64,000 nt of DNA from an uncultured Candidatus Berkelbacteria bacterium (GTDB lineage: Bacteria; Patescibacteriota; UBA1384; UBA12157). The stretch's first letter is position 1, and every line of letters begins with the position of its first letter. The notes under the pieces are model-generated. The model searched no databases. It had not been told where the DNA came from and worked only from the letters and a program-made list of their open reading frames with translations. The stretch lies in NCBI GenBank assembly GCA_903877885.1, contig CAIRFN010000007.1, positions 111 to 64,110 on the forward strand, in the 5' to 3' direction. Below, in pieces: positions 54,808 to 63,937 of the stretch. A program made the position numbers and the translations under genes.

Positions 54808-55224
54808 TTAATCTGCAATTTTAATAGTTCGTCTAAAATCTTTTTTGTCGATAGTTATAACATCTTCATTAGGCATATTTGCACAAACTTTTTGATCAGT
54901 GGACCAATTACCAGCATCATCTTTACAGCGATATAATGATTGATCTGCTATATGAATATAATAAATTCCGGCAGCGCAAGTATCTAAATTTGGACAATTA
55001 CCAGTAGTAATATCTGGAGCTCCGACGGTTCTTTGCTGGTCAGCCATAGATTTAACAATGTTCATCCCCTCTTGAGCAATGCCATTGGCTTGAACTTTGT
55101 ATTTGTCTTGTGCGCCAAATTTAATATTGCCGGTTTCCACGGCAACAAAGGCAATAATTACGATGATAAAAATCACCATAGCGATTAGGACTTCGATTAG
55201 GGTGAACGCTCGTTTAGTTTTCAT
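54808..55224 (-). CDS. Type IV pilin-like (minor pilin/pseudopilin) with a prepilin leader.
   Basis: MKTKRAFTLIEVLIAMVIF: a class III signal with G/A-FTLIE and Glu at +5. Confidence 0.75.
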   Translation of the reverse strand: MKTKRAFTLIEVLIAMVIFIIVIIAFVAVETGNIKFGAQDKYKVQANGIAQEGMNIVKSMADQQRTVGAPDITTGNCPNLDTCAAGIYYIHIADQSLYRCKDDAGNWSTDQKVCANMPNEDVITIDKKDFRRTIKIAD

Positions 55225-55244
55225 TTGTACTCCTTTATTTATGA

Positions 55245-55339
55245 TGTCATTCCAGACAGATTGGCAATCTTGATCTGGAATCCAGGAAAATTGTTACTGG
55301 ATCCCCGATGTTGAATTACCATTCAACTCGAGGATGACA
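55245..55339. repeat. Composite repeat A+B unit.
   Basis: TGTCATTCCAGACAGATTGGCAATCTTGATCTGGAATCCAGG then CTGGATCCCCGATGTTGAATTACCATTCAACTCGAGGATGACA, between minor pilin genes. Confidence 0.85.
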
Positions 55340-55353
55340 AGGAGAAATTATTA

Positions 55354-55899
55354 TTAAAAAGATTCGCTGGTTTGATAAATTCGGATCGTATCTTTATTAT
55401 GAATTCCATTTCCGATAGAATTACCAGAATTATCAGTAATTTTTGCTTTTAATGTAATTTTGCGACCGTTTTTATAACCGGTGCTTAAAATATTGTCGCA
55501 TACTCCACCAGAACATTTGACTTGGTAGATATATACGCCAGCAACCAAAACATCTGAATTACTATTTTTCCAATTTACTAAGTCTGATTGTGATTTTTTA
55601 ATGGTTTTATAACCATCAGTAGGATCATTATAATAAATATTTACTTCATTATCTGACGGAATAGAAGAAATCGACGCACCAGAAACTCCAGATTCAACAT
55701 TAGAAGCTTGTTGTAAATATGCAGTCCAGCCGTTATTAATACCGCTTCGCGCTAGGCTATAGGTTTCGGTAATGGTTTTTGATTGAGAAGTAAGTTTAAC
55801 ATCGGAAACAATCGCCAGAGAAATGGCGGTGATGACAATTAAAACAATGGCAGTAAAAAGTAAGACTAGAATTAAAGCAAAACCTTTTTTTTGACGCAT
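55354..55899 (-). CDS. Pilin-like protein (PilX-like minor pilin).
   Basis: Start at MRQKKGFALILVLLFTAIVL (prepilin-like hydrophobic N-terminus without Glu5). The ORF-track start overlaps the upstream gene. Confidence 0.55.
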   Translation of the reverse strand: MRQKKGFALILVLLFTAIVLIVITAISLAIVSDVKLTSQSKTITETYSLARSGINNGWTAYLQQASNVESGVSGASISSIPSDNEVNIYYNDPTDGYKTIKKSQSDLVNWKNSNSDVLVAGVYIYQVKCSGGVCDNILSTGYKNGRKITLKAKITDNSGNSIGNGIHNKDTIRIYQTSESF

Positions 55900-55927
55900 T
55901 TTTTCCTTTAGAATATTATGGACCAGC

Positions 55928-56575
55928 TTACGGCGCCGCAGTATATTCCGGATTTGGAATTGAAACCATATTTCTGGTATTTTCCCCATCCATAGTGAAA
56001 GTGGTAGCCAAATTAACTTCATCATTAATATCATTAGCGCTAACAGCCGTAATTTTAACTGCTAATTTAGGGATAAATTTAGTATTAGATGGATCTGTCA
56101 TTGGTTTATAACCAGTTAAATCAAAAGTTTTGATATGAACTTTTTCAGGGGTTAAACTACTACCAACTGATGATAAATCTGTTGAATGTAACAAATCTCC
56201 AGAACAATTATTTTGAGCTGTTTTTAATGAATTGTCAGCTAGACCGAAATAAGTACAGACTGTACTTCCGGTCTCGCCTTTTGAAACAATTACAACCATT
56301 TGATTTGGACTAGAATCATAGGCTTTAAATCCATAGACGGAAGTACCACCGATTGTCGCTTCGTCATTCGCATTATTCATTCTAACGGCCATTTCGTCTA
56401 AAGCGCGGCGAATGGAATCATTCAAAATTTTAATTTGCGCGGAGCGAAGTCGGCCGGCAGTAAAATTGGCTAATCCAGAAACCATAACTACAACCATAGC
56501 CAAAATACCCAGCGTGACCAACATTTCTACTAATGTGAAAGCTTTTTTCTTCATATGTTTATAGAGTTTTAACAT
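55928..56575 (-). CDS. Type IV minor pilin/pseudopilin.
   Basis: MKKKAFTLVEMLVTLGILAMV prepilin leader. Confidence 0.7.
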   Translation of the reverse strand: MLKLYKHMKKKAFTLVEMLVTLGILAMVVVMVSGLANFTAGRLRSAQIKILNDSIRRALDEMAVRMNNANDEATIGGTSVYGFKAYDSSPNQMVVIVSKGETGSTVCTYFGLADNSLKTAQNNCSGDLLHSTDLSSVGSSLTPEKVHIKTFDLTGYKPMTDPSNTKFIPKLAVKITAVSANDINDEVNLATTFTMDGENTRNMVSIPNPEYTAAP

Positions 56576-57119
56576 AAGTTACTAAACCAGTTAATTTATC
56601 GATTGTTATAGTAAAACTATTTTCAGGAATAGTGGTGTTATGGATCTTAAAAGATAGATTATTATCAAGCGACTTGCCATTTGATATATCTTCTAGCATA
56701 CCGATTGTTGGCGCATTGTCAGCAACGAAATCAAGACAATAATCAGGTGAGCAAGAGTTAACATCAAAAGTAAAATTTTCTAATTTTATGTCTCCAGTTA
56801 AATCCAAAAGTAATTTTTCACCAGTCTGATTTCCACTTTTGTCAATCTGATAACCCCAAATTTGTGGCGGACTTGAAACAATTCTTATTCTTTCCGCTTT
56901 CATTCCAGATGTAGCGTCAAAAGCCGGCAAAATAGCTAAATTGCGTGTTTCGGCAAAAACATTTTGAATCTGTGAAGCATAGCTTTCAACCATTTTATTT
57001 CGTCTGGCTGATTGATAAACCCCAACGCTAATAGTCATCATAATTGCCATGATCGCCATAACAATCATCGTTTCTACCAAAGTGAAAGCTTTTTTATTTT
57101 GATAAAGATTTTTTTTCAT
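56559..57119 (-). CDS. Type IV minor pilin/pseudopilin (GspH/FimT-like).
   Basis: KKAFTLVETMIVMAIMAIM prepilin leader. Confidence 0.7.
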   Translation of the reverse strand: MKKNLYQNKKAFTLVETMIVMAIMAIMMTISVGVYQSARRNKMVESYASQIQNVFAETRNLAILPAFDATSGMKAERIRIVSSPPQIWGYQIDKSGNQTGEKLLLDLTGDIKLENFTFDVNSCSPDYCLDFVADNAPTIGMLEDISNGKSLDNNLSFKIHNTTIPENSFTITIDKLTGLVTYVKTL

Positions 57120-57120
57120 T

Positions 57121-57909
57121 TTAGCGAATAAGTAAATGTGTATACCAAGTTAAAATTTGATTCCCCCAAAAAATCGTAATAAACAGACCTAAAATTAGAA
57201 ATGGCGCAAACGGTAATTGATCTTTTAATTTGGATATTTTACAAATCATCAGGATAATTCCAACAACAGCGCCTAAAAAGAATGAGAAAAAGGAACTGAT
57301 TAAAACTAATGGCCAACCAATAATGGCGCCAAGCAGAGCGCCAAGTCCAATATCCCCCGCGCCCATCCATTTTTCCTTGGATATTAGAACCATCAAACCA
57401 AGGAAACCACCGAGAGCAAGAGCGCCATAGAATGAAGAAAGAAGCATGGAGTATGGAGCATGGAAAAAGAAAAATGATATTGCTAAATAAATTATCCACA
57501 GGCCGGCGGCGATGATAATTAACCAGTCGGAAATTTCTAGGTTCAACATATCGTAAACCAAGGCCACGATTAAGACACAAGAAATGGCCATCAAGAAATA
57601 TGTTTCAAGATTGGTTAAACCGAATTTCCAAAAAATTAAAGCAAAGATGATAGCAGTACCGGCTTCGACCAACGGATATTGCCACGAGATCGGTTTCTGG
57701 CATTTACTGCATTTGGCGCGAAGTAAAATAAAAGATAAAACCGGAATTAGTTCATACCAAACCAGGGTTTTCTGGCAATGCGGGCACTGCGACCGACCGA
57801 AGAAAATCGTGGTTAAATCATCGAATCGCAAAATAATCACGTTTAAAAACGAACCGATGATCAGTCCAGAAATGATAAAAATTAAGTAATCAAGAATAAT
57901 GTTGTTCAT
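57121..57909 (-). CDS. pilD: Prepilin peptidase (A24 family).
   Basis: N-terminal tetra-Cys (CPHC...CSKC), TM helices and the conserved catalytic Asp blocks. Confidence 0.85.
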   Translation of the reverse strand: MNNIILDYLIFIISGLIIGSFLNVIILRFDDLTTIFFGRSQCPHCQKTLVWYELIPVLSFILLRAKCSKCQKPISWQYPLVEAGTAIIFALIFWKFGLTNLETYFLMAISCVLIVALVYDMLNLEISDWLIIIAAGLWIIYLAISFFFFHAPYSMLLSSFYGALALGGFLGLMVLISKEKWMGAGDIGLGALLGAIIGWPLVLISSFFSFFLGAVVGIILMICKISKLKDQLPFAPFLILGLFITIFWGNQILTWYTHLLIR

Positions 57910-57928
57910 ATGGTATTAAGTTTTTGCT

Positions 57929-58023
57929 TGTCATTCCAGACAGGTTGGCAACCTAGATCTGGAATCCAGGACAATTAATCTGGATTCTTGATGTCGGATT
58001 AACCATCCGGCTCGAGAATGACA
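57929..58023. repeat. Composite repeat A+B unit.
   Basis: Near-identical to the 20425 and 59141 copies, between pilD and the pilin-like gene. Confidence 0.85.
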
Positions 58024-58035
58024 ATTCGATTACGT

Positions 58036-58587
58036 TTACATATCTGCGCAAGTGAAGGTTTTGCCGTTAACTAAACCAGTATCTGGACATTGGCTATTTT
58101 GGAAAGTATTGGGGAAACTGGTACACAATCTAACTTTACCGGCATCATTGGCGCAAATCGTTGGTTGATCCGGGCTATTGGTTACATTTTTACTTGGCAA
58201 AAGCGCGGAAACAGTCCAATGAGTGGCGTCACTTTGAATTGTAACATAACCAGCAAAGTCTGATTGATTATTGTCAATATCACTGGCAAATTTAGCAATA
58301 TTAGTCGCGGTTTCCGGTGAAACTAAAGCTGGTTGCCAGCTAGCTGTTAGCTGACCGCAACTTGGCACGGTTGTCGGGTTGCATTTTCCAACCAGATAAG
58401 TCCCGAGTTGATTATTGACCTGAAAAATCGAAAGTTGTTGAGCTATACCTTTAATATCCGAACGCACCCGAATATCTTGAGAATTTCGTTTAACCGAATA
58501 ACCAGCTATAACTACACCATAAGCTAAACCGCCAACAATTAAAATAGTTAAAGCAATTTCTAAAAATTTAACACCTTTTTCATTCAT
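58036..58587 (-). CDS. Pilin-like protein with a non-canonical N-terminus.
   Basis: MNEKGVKFLEIALTILIVGGLAYG: hydrophobic alpha-1-like helix with a Glu, but no G/FTLIE cleavage motif. Confidence 0.45.
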   Translation of the reverse strand: MNEKGVKFLEIALTILIVGGLAYGVVIAGYSVKRNSQDIRVRSDIKGIAQQLSIFQVNNQLGTYLVGKCNPTTVPSCGQLTASWQPALVSPETATNIAKFASDIDNNQSDFAGYVTIQSDATHWTVSALLPSKNVTNSPDQPTICANDAGKVRLCTSFPNTFQNSQCPDTGLVNGKTFTCADM

Positions 58588-58680
58588 ATTTTCCTTTTGA
58601 TATTATTCATCTATATCTTTTCTCAAGGGATCGCCCCACCTCCGCCGCTTGGCGGTTGAGGCGATTTGCTTGAAAACTAA

Positions 58681-59121
58681 TTATGAAGCAGGACAGACAG
58701 TCGCAGTCAAAGCAATCGGTGTAGAAGTAGAAGCTAAGGCTTTGCTTGTACCTGCACTATCGATACAATAATAACCTGTAGATGTTTTAGCCTCGATAAC
58801 ATAGGTTGTTGCATTCAACGCTTGATAATAATTTCCACCAGTTGGAACATTAGCTAGAATATCCGTAACAACTGTTTTATAATTACCAGTAAGATCGGCA
58901 ACAGCTGGACTTAACACTGTAGGATCAGCAGCAGTGATAGCAAAAGTATTAGCAGTATTATCTGATTCTAACTGGGTGCGAATTTGTGTTAGACCAGAGA
59001 TTACTCTTGTGTCTTTAGCTTTACTACGTGCTGAATTCAATGAAACTAGAACCATGGCGGCCAAGATACCAATAATGGCGATGACGACCAAAAGTTCAAT
59101 AAGTGTAAAAGCTTTTTTCAT
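58681..59121 (-). CDS. pilA: Type IV major pilin (PilA-like).
   Basis: MKKAFTLIELLVVIAIIGILAAMV leader and a C-terminal Cys pair (C...C). Confidence 0.8.
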   Translation of the reverse strand: MKKAFTLIELLVVIAIIGILAAMVLVSLNSARSKAKDTRVISGLTQIRTQLESDNTANTFAITAADPTVLSPAVADLTGNYKTVVTDILANVPTGGNYYQALNATTYVIEAKTSTGYYCIDSAGTSKALASTSTPIALTATVCPAS

Positions 59122-59140
59122 TTTTCTCTCCTTTTATTAC

Positions 59141-59235
59141 TGTCATTCCAGACAGGTTGGCAACCTAGATCTGGAATCCAGGATAATTAATTCTGGATTC
59201 TTGATGTCGGATTACCATCCGGCTCGAGAATGACA
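59141..59235. repeat. Composite repeat A+B unit.
   Basis: TGTCATTCCAGACAGGTTGGCAACCTAGATCTGGAATCCAGG then TTCTGGATTCTTGATGTCGGATTACCATCCGGCTCGAGAATGACA, between pilA and pilC. Confidence 0.85.
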
Positions 59236-59300
59236 AATTTTTTGATTATTTGATTATTCCTTAGGCTTAATCGACCAACTAGCCTTTTATTAAGGATAAA

Positions 59301-60377
59301 TTAAAAGCCTGTCGAGGCGATAGAATAAATCGGTGACATAATAGCGTAAACCAAGAAACCAACACCGCCACCAATAATCACAATAATCATTGGCTCGATT
59401 AAACCAGCCAAACCTTTAATCATATTATCAGTTTCTTTTTCATAAAAATCGGCCATTTTGTTTAAAACAATTTCCATTTTTCCGGTTTGCTCACCGACCA
59501 TAACCATTTCGGAAATCAAAACTGGAAAATTTTTATCACGTTGCATTGGTACCGACATTGGAATGCCGCGTTCAACTTGGGCACTGATGTTTTTCAAACT
59601 GACAGCATAAACACGATTTTGAATCACGTCCGAAGTAATGGCAATGGTTTCGATAATTGGCAAGCCCGCGCCAATTAACATACTCATGGTGCGGCAGAAC
59701 CTGGCCATATAAATTTGAGTATATAAATCTTTAATCACCGGGAATTTGATCTTTAATCTGTCCCATAAACTACCGCCGTTTTCACCGCGGAAAAAGTAGA
59801 ACAAAATTATACTGACAATAATAAGCGCGATTAATTCAGCCCACCAAAATTTAACTGTAAAATCAGACAAAGCCACAATCATAGCCGTAGCAAATGGTAG
59901 TTGTGTGCCGGTCGAGTCGAACACGGTTTTAAGTTTAGGAATAACAAAAATCATCATAATAACGATAATGCCAATCATGGCAATCAAAATGAAAGCCGGA
60001 TAAAACATAGCGGAACGAACTTTACTGGTAAAATCTTGATTCATTTCCAACTGATCAGCCAACTGATCTAAAACTTTGTCGATTTGACCCGAACTTTCAC
60101 CAGAACGAACAACTGAAATAAAAACCGGATCAAAGACATCTTTAAATCGGCTCAAAGCATTAGAAAGGCTTTGGCCTTGTTCGAGATCAGCGATGACTTG
60201 TTGCGCCACTTTTTGCAAATACGGATTAGCGCTTTGTTGGGCGATCACTTTAAAAGATTGGTCGAGAGCTAAACCCGCGCCAAGCATGGTCGCCAACTGG
60301 CGAGTTAAAAAGACTTTCTCTTTTAGTGAAACGTGATTAAAAAGAGAAATGTTGCCACCAAGATTAAGTTTAGCCAT
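59301..60377 (-). CDS. pilC: Type IV pilus assembly platform protein PilC (GspF family).
   Basis: Two GspF repeats, three TM segments, a conserved MLIG.GLP...I block. Confidence 0.85.
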   Translation of the reverse strand: MAKLNLGGNISLFNHVSLKEKVFLTRQLATMLGAGLALDQSFKVIAQQSANPYLQKVAQQVIADLEQGQSLSNALSRFKDVFDPVFISVVRSGESSGQIDKVLDQLADQLEMNQDFTSKVRSAMFYPAFILIAMIGIIVIMMIFVIPKLKTVFDSTGTQLPFATAMIVALSDFTVKFWWAELIALIIVSIILFYFFRGENGGSLWDRLKIKFPVIKDLYTQIYMARFCRTMSMLIGAGLPIIETIAITSDVIQNRVYAVSLKNISAQVERGIPMSVPMQRDKNFPVLISEMVMVGEQTGKMEIVLNKMADFYEKETDNMIKGLAGLIEPMIIVIIGGGVGFLVYAIMSPIYSIASTGF

Positions 60378-60504
60378 GAGTTTACCCCTCCAAAATCGAC
60401 GAATGTCGGTTTTATTTCCCTGATACTATTATAACAAATTCTATAAAAAAACCATAGATGATGTTGCGTCATTGCCATGACGAAAACGCTGCGCGTTTAT
60501 CGGC

Positions 60505-61572
60505 CTAGTAAACCATCATCTTAAACGCCTTGGGATCTAAGGCCCAGGTTAAAGCGCTGTCAATGGTAATATCGCCTTTGGAAACCAGTTCGGCCAAAAC
60601 CTTATCCATACTAATCATGCCTTCGGCGGCCGAAGTTTGAATGATGTTAGTAAGTTGATGAGTTTTGCCTTCACGAATCGTGTTGCGAACCGCCGAATTG
60701 GCAATCATAATTTCGCAAGCCGCCACTCGCCCACCTTGAGCTTTTGGAATTAGTCTTTGACTTACTACGCCTAATAAAACATTAGCTAATTGCATTCTAA
60801 CCTGTTGTTGTTGATGCGGCGGAAAAACATCGACGACACGATCAGCCGTTTGTGCCGCCGAGTTGGTGTGCAAAGTGGTAAAAACCAAATGGCCAGTTTC
60901 TGCCATAGTCAAGGCCGCTTCAATTGTTTCCAAATCGCGCATTTCACCGATTAAAACCACGTTTGGATCTTCTCGAAGAGCGGAACGTAAAGCCCGGCCG
61001 AAAGTGTTAGTATCGGAACCGACCTCGCGTTGGGAAATAATCGACTTTTCGTGTTCAAATACATATTCAATCGGATCTTCAATCGTAATAATATGCTCGG
61101 TTCGAGTGTGATTGATCTGGTTGATCATCGCGGCCAAGGTGGTTGATTTACCATGCCCGGTTGGACCGGTAATAATGACCAAACCCTGACTTGGTGTAAT
61201 GAACTTTTCCAAAATCGGCGCTAGGCCAAGTTCAGCAATATTTTGAACCAATTTGGGAATAACTCGCAAGCTGGCGGCAATATAACCTTTTTGAAAATAA
61301 ACATTAGTTCGAAAACGCATGCTCTGATAACCAAAGGAAAAATCAATTTCCTTGCGGATTTTTAGCCGTTCAACTTGATCTTGAGTCATGAAACTCTGAA
61401 CCAATTGCAACGCCACCTCGCCAGTAACTGGTTGAGTTTGGGCGATTGGCATTAAAACACCATCAATTCGAAGCATTGGCGGCATACCAACCGTGATATG
61501 TAAGTCCGAAGCTTTACGCTCAACTGCCATATCCAATAATTTTTTCATTTCCGGAATTAAACCAATTTGCAT
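60505..61572 (-). CDS. pilT: Twitching-motility retraction ATPase PilT.
   Basis: GLVIITGPTGHGKSTTLAAM Walker A; His/Asp boxes; about 350 aa with no N-terminal GSPII domain. Confidence 0.85.
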   Translation of the reverse strand: MQIGLIPEMKKLLDMAVERKASDLHITVGMPPMLRIDGVLMPIAQTQPVTGEVALQLVQSFMTQDQVERLKIRKEIDFSFGYQSMRFRTNVYFQKGYIAASLRVIPKLVQNIAELGLAPILEKFITPSQGLVIITGPTGHGKSTTLAAMINQINHTRTEHIITIEDPIEYVFEHEKSIISQREVGSDTNTFGRALRSALREDPNVVLIGEMRDLETIEAALTMAETGHLVFTTLHTNSAAQTADRVVDVFPPHQQQQVRMQLANVLLGVVSQRLIPKAQGGRVAACEIMIANSAVRNTIREGKTHQLTNIIQTSAAEGMISMDKVLAELVSKGDITIDSALTWALDPKAFKMMVY

Positions 61573-61593
61573 AGACCCTCCTAATTAATAATT

Positions 61594-61646
61594 TTATTGC
61601 GATGGAATACTGAGCAACAAGGTTCTGCCGTCAGGCAGGTTCTTAT
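61594..61646. repeat. Repeat C copy 2.
   Basis: ATTGCGATGGAATACTGAGCAACAAGGTTCTGCCGTCAGGCAGGTTCTTAT, downstream of the pilB stop. About 90% identical to copy 1. Confidence 0.7.
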
Positions 61647-63937
61647 TCTATTAATGTGACTCTTAAAACTTCGCTGATAGTAGTTAAACCTTGAAGTGCC
61701 TTTATCAAGCCGTCTTGTTTCATGGTAATCATGCCGTCGGCAATGGCCGCCACTTTTATTTCCGAAGCTGGTCGACGGTTAATAGCTAAATCTTCAATTT
61801 TTTCTGTCATCGACAAAACTTCATAAATACCCAATCGGCCGGAATAACCATTATTGCATTCCGTACACCCGGTGCCTTCAAAAAATTTATATGGTTTGGG
61901 TAAATTAAGATTCGCCAATTCTTTTTCAATATCGGCCACAAGTTGCGGCGGAATATTAGCCTCGTGTCTACAATGCGGACAAACTTTTCGCACCAAACGT
62001 TGACCAATCACTAAATTGATTGAAGAAGTAATTAAGAATGGTTCCACGCCCATATTGGTAAGTCGCGGCAAAGCGCCAGCGGCATCATTGGTGTGAAGCG
62101 TCGATAAAACTAAATGCCCTGTTAAAGCGGCGTGAGTCGTCATACCAGCAGTTTCGGCGTCACGAATTTCTCCAACCATAATAATATTTGGATCTTGTCT
62201 TAAAACCGAACGTAAACCTTCAGCAAAGGAAAAACCGATTTTTGGTTTAACCTGACATTGATTAATGCCAGGCATTTCATATTCAACCGGATCTTCGAGA
62301 GTAATCACATTAACCGATGGACCGGCAACTTTTTTAAGAATTGAATACAGAGTAGTTGATTTACCTGAACCAGTTGGACCAGTTGAAAGAATCACGCCAT
62401 ATGGTTTGGTGATATTTTCTTCCAAAACTTTCAAATTTCGACCCGAAAAGCCTAAATCTTCCAAGGTATAAATATTTTGAGATTTATCTAAAATACGCAA
62501 AGCCGCTTTTTCGCCACGAATCGTTGGCAGGGTTGAAACACGCAAATCGATTTCGTGACCTTGAACTTTAACATCAAACCGACCATCTTGCGGCACGCGC
62601 GTTTCATCGATTTTCATACGAGATAAAATTTTAATTCTCGAAACGAGCGCAGCGTGCAAAGCCAGTGGCGCTTTTAAGATATCGCGCAAAATACCATCAA
62701 CACGGAAACGGAAACGCAAATCAGCGCCTTCAGCCTCGATATGAATATCGGAAGCTTTCATGGCTACGCCAAGCGCAACCACGCCAGCTAAAATTTGCGG
62801 AATATTTCCGGTTTGAACGATATTTTTGAAAGTATCGATATTGGTAACTGGCTGACCCAAAAACGTATCCAAATCATTTTCCGGCGCAATCACCGCTTTG
62901 GCTTCCATTTCTTCTTCATTACGATCCGTCAGTTGAGCCTGCTGTTCTTGTTGGATTTTAGCGGTTTCGTAAGGAATCGGCCGACGAACAAATTTTTTGC
63001 GTTCATTTGGCGTAACTGGTTGAACTGAATTCGACGGATTGGATATTGTAGCCGCCAGCGCAACTGGAGCCGGTGTAACATTTTCGGAAATTGGCGCAGT
63101 CGAAGTGATTGTCGGTACATTTTGCGGTGGTGGCGGTACTGGCATATTTGGGCTTTCTGCCGAATTTTCTTCCGGTTTTCGATAATAAAGCTTAATTGAT
63201 TCGTCAATTTCAGTCGGGCTGGCGACAAATTCTTCAATCACAATATTATTTTTATTGCGGACAAAGTCTAAAATTTCTCGAACTTTTTGATCGGTTGGAT
63301 CAGACAATGCCACTTGAATGGTATTTGGAGCGGTGCTGGCAAAAACCACCATTTTATATTTTTGAGAAATTTCCACCGGAAATTTGGAAATAACATCGTA
63401 AGGAATTTTAATTGTCCGTAAATCTACGGTTCGCAGATGAGAAATTTCCGGATAAGAAACGTCTTTATCCAGAGTTTTAACTTCAGCTGTTGGACCGCTG
63501 GCAAATCGAGCGGCCACCTTTTGAATATCTTCTGGTGTGGTAATATAAAGTTCAACAATCAAACCTTTTTTATCTTTAAGATCAGCTAAAATCGCCGGCG
63601 GATTACCGCTTAACTGGCTCGGCGCGCCAATCGCCACTTTAATTTTTCGTTCGCCCAGACGCTCGAAACTTATGAGTTGATATTTTTGCACATCAGCTAA
63701 AGGAATAAGATTAAACGCCTCGGGCGTGATTTCATAACCTTCCAACCGAATAAACGGCAAGTCAAAAATCACCGCGTAGGCTTTAGCAATATCTTCCGAA
63801 GTTGCTAACTTTTCTTGTCGCAGTTTAGCTTCAATTTGCTCGTTTGTCGCTTGTTTATCAAAATCTCCCACCTGATTTGGTGTGAGCCGATTTTTTTCTA
63901 AAAGCACATCGATAATTGTTTTTCGAACTGTATCCAT
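61643..63937 (-). CDS. pilB: Type IV pilus extension ATPase PilB (GspE family) with a long N-terminal region and a Pro-rich linker.
   Basis: N-terminal GSPII-like domains, Walker A STGPTGSGKSTTLYS, and a C-terminal tetra-Cys (CPHC...C..C) zinc site. Confidence 0.85.
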   Translation of the reverse strand: MDTVRKTIIDVLLEKNRLTPNQVGDFDKQATNEQIEAKLRQEKLATSEDIAKAYAVIFDLPFIRLEGYEITPEAFNLIPLADVQKYQLISFERLGERKIKVAIGAPSQLSGNPPAILADLKDKKGLIVELYITTPEDIQKVAARFASGPTAEVKTLDKDVSYPEISHLRTVDLRTIKIPYDVISKFPVEISQKYKMVVFASTAPNTIQVALSDPTDQKVREILDFVRNKNNIVIEEFVASPTEIDESIKLYYRKPEENSAESPNMPVPPPPQNVPTITSTAPISENVTPAPVALAATISNPSNSVQPVTPNERKKFVRRPIPYETAKIQQEQQAQLTDRNEEEMEAKAVIAPENDLDTFLGQPVTNIDTFKNIVQTGNIPQILAGVVALGVAMKASDIHIEAEGADLRFRFRVDGILRDILKAPLALHAALVSRIKILSRMKIDETRVPQDGRFDVKVQGHEIDLRVSTLPTIRGEKAALRILDKSQNIYTLEDLGFSGRNLKVLEENITKPYGVILSTGPTGSGKSTTLYSILKKVAGPSVNVITLEDPVEYEMPGINQCQVKPKIGFSFAEGLRSVLRQDPNIIMVGEIRDAETAGMTTHAALTGHLVLSTLHTNDAAGALPRLTNMGVEPFLITSSINLVIGQRLVRKVCPHCRHEANIPPQLVADIEKELANLNLPKPYKFFEGTGCTECNNGYSGRLGIYEVLSMTEKIEDLAINRRPASEIKVAAIADGMITMKQDGLIKALQGLTTISEVLRVTLIE

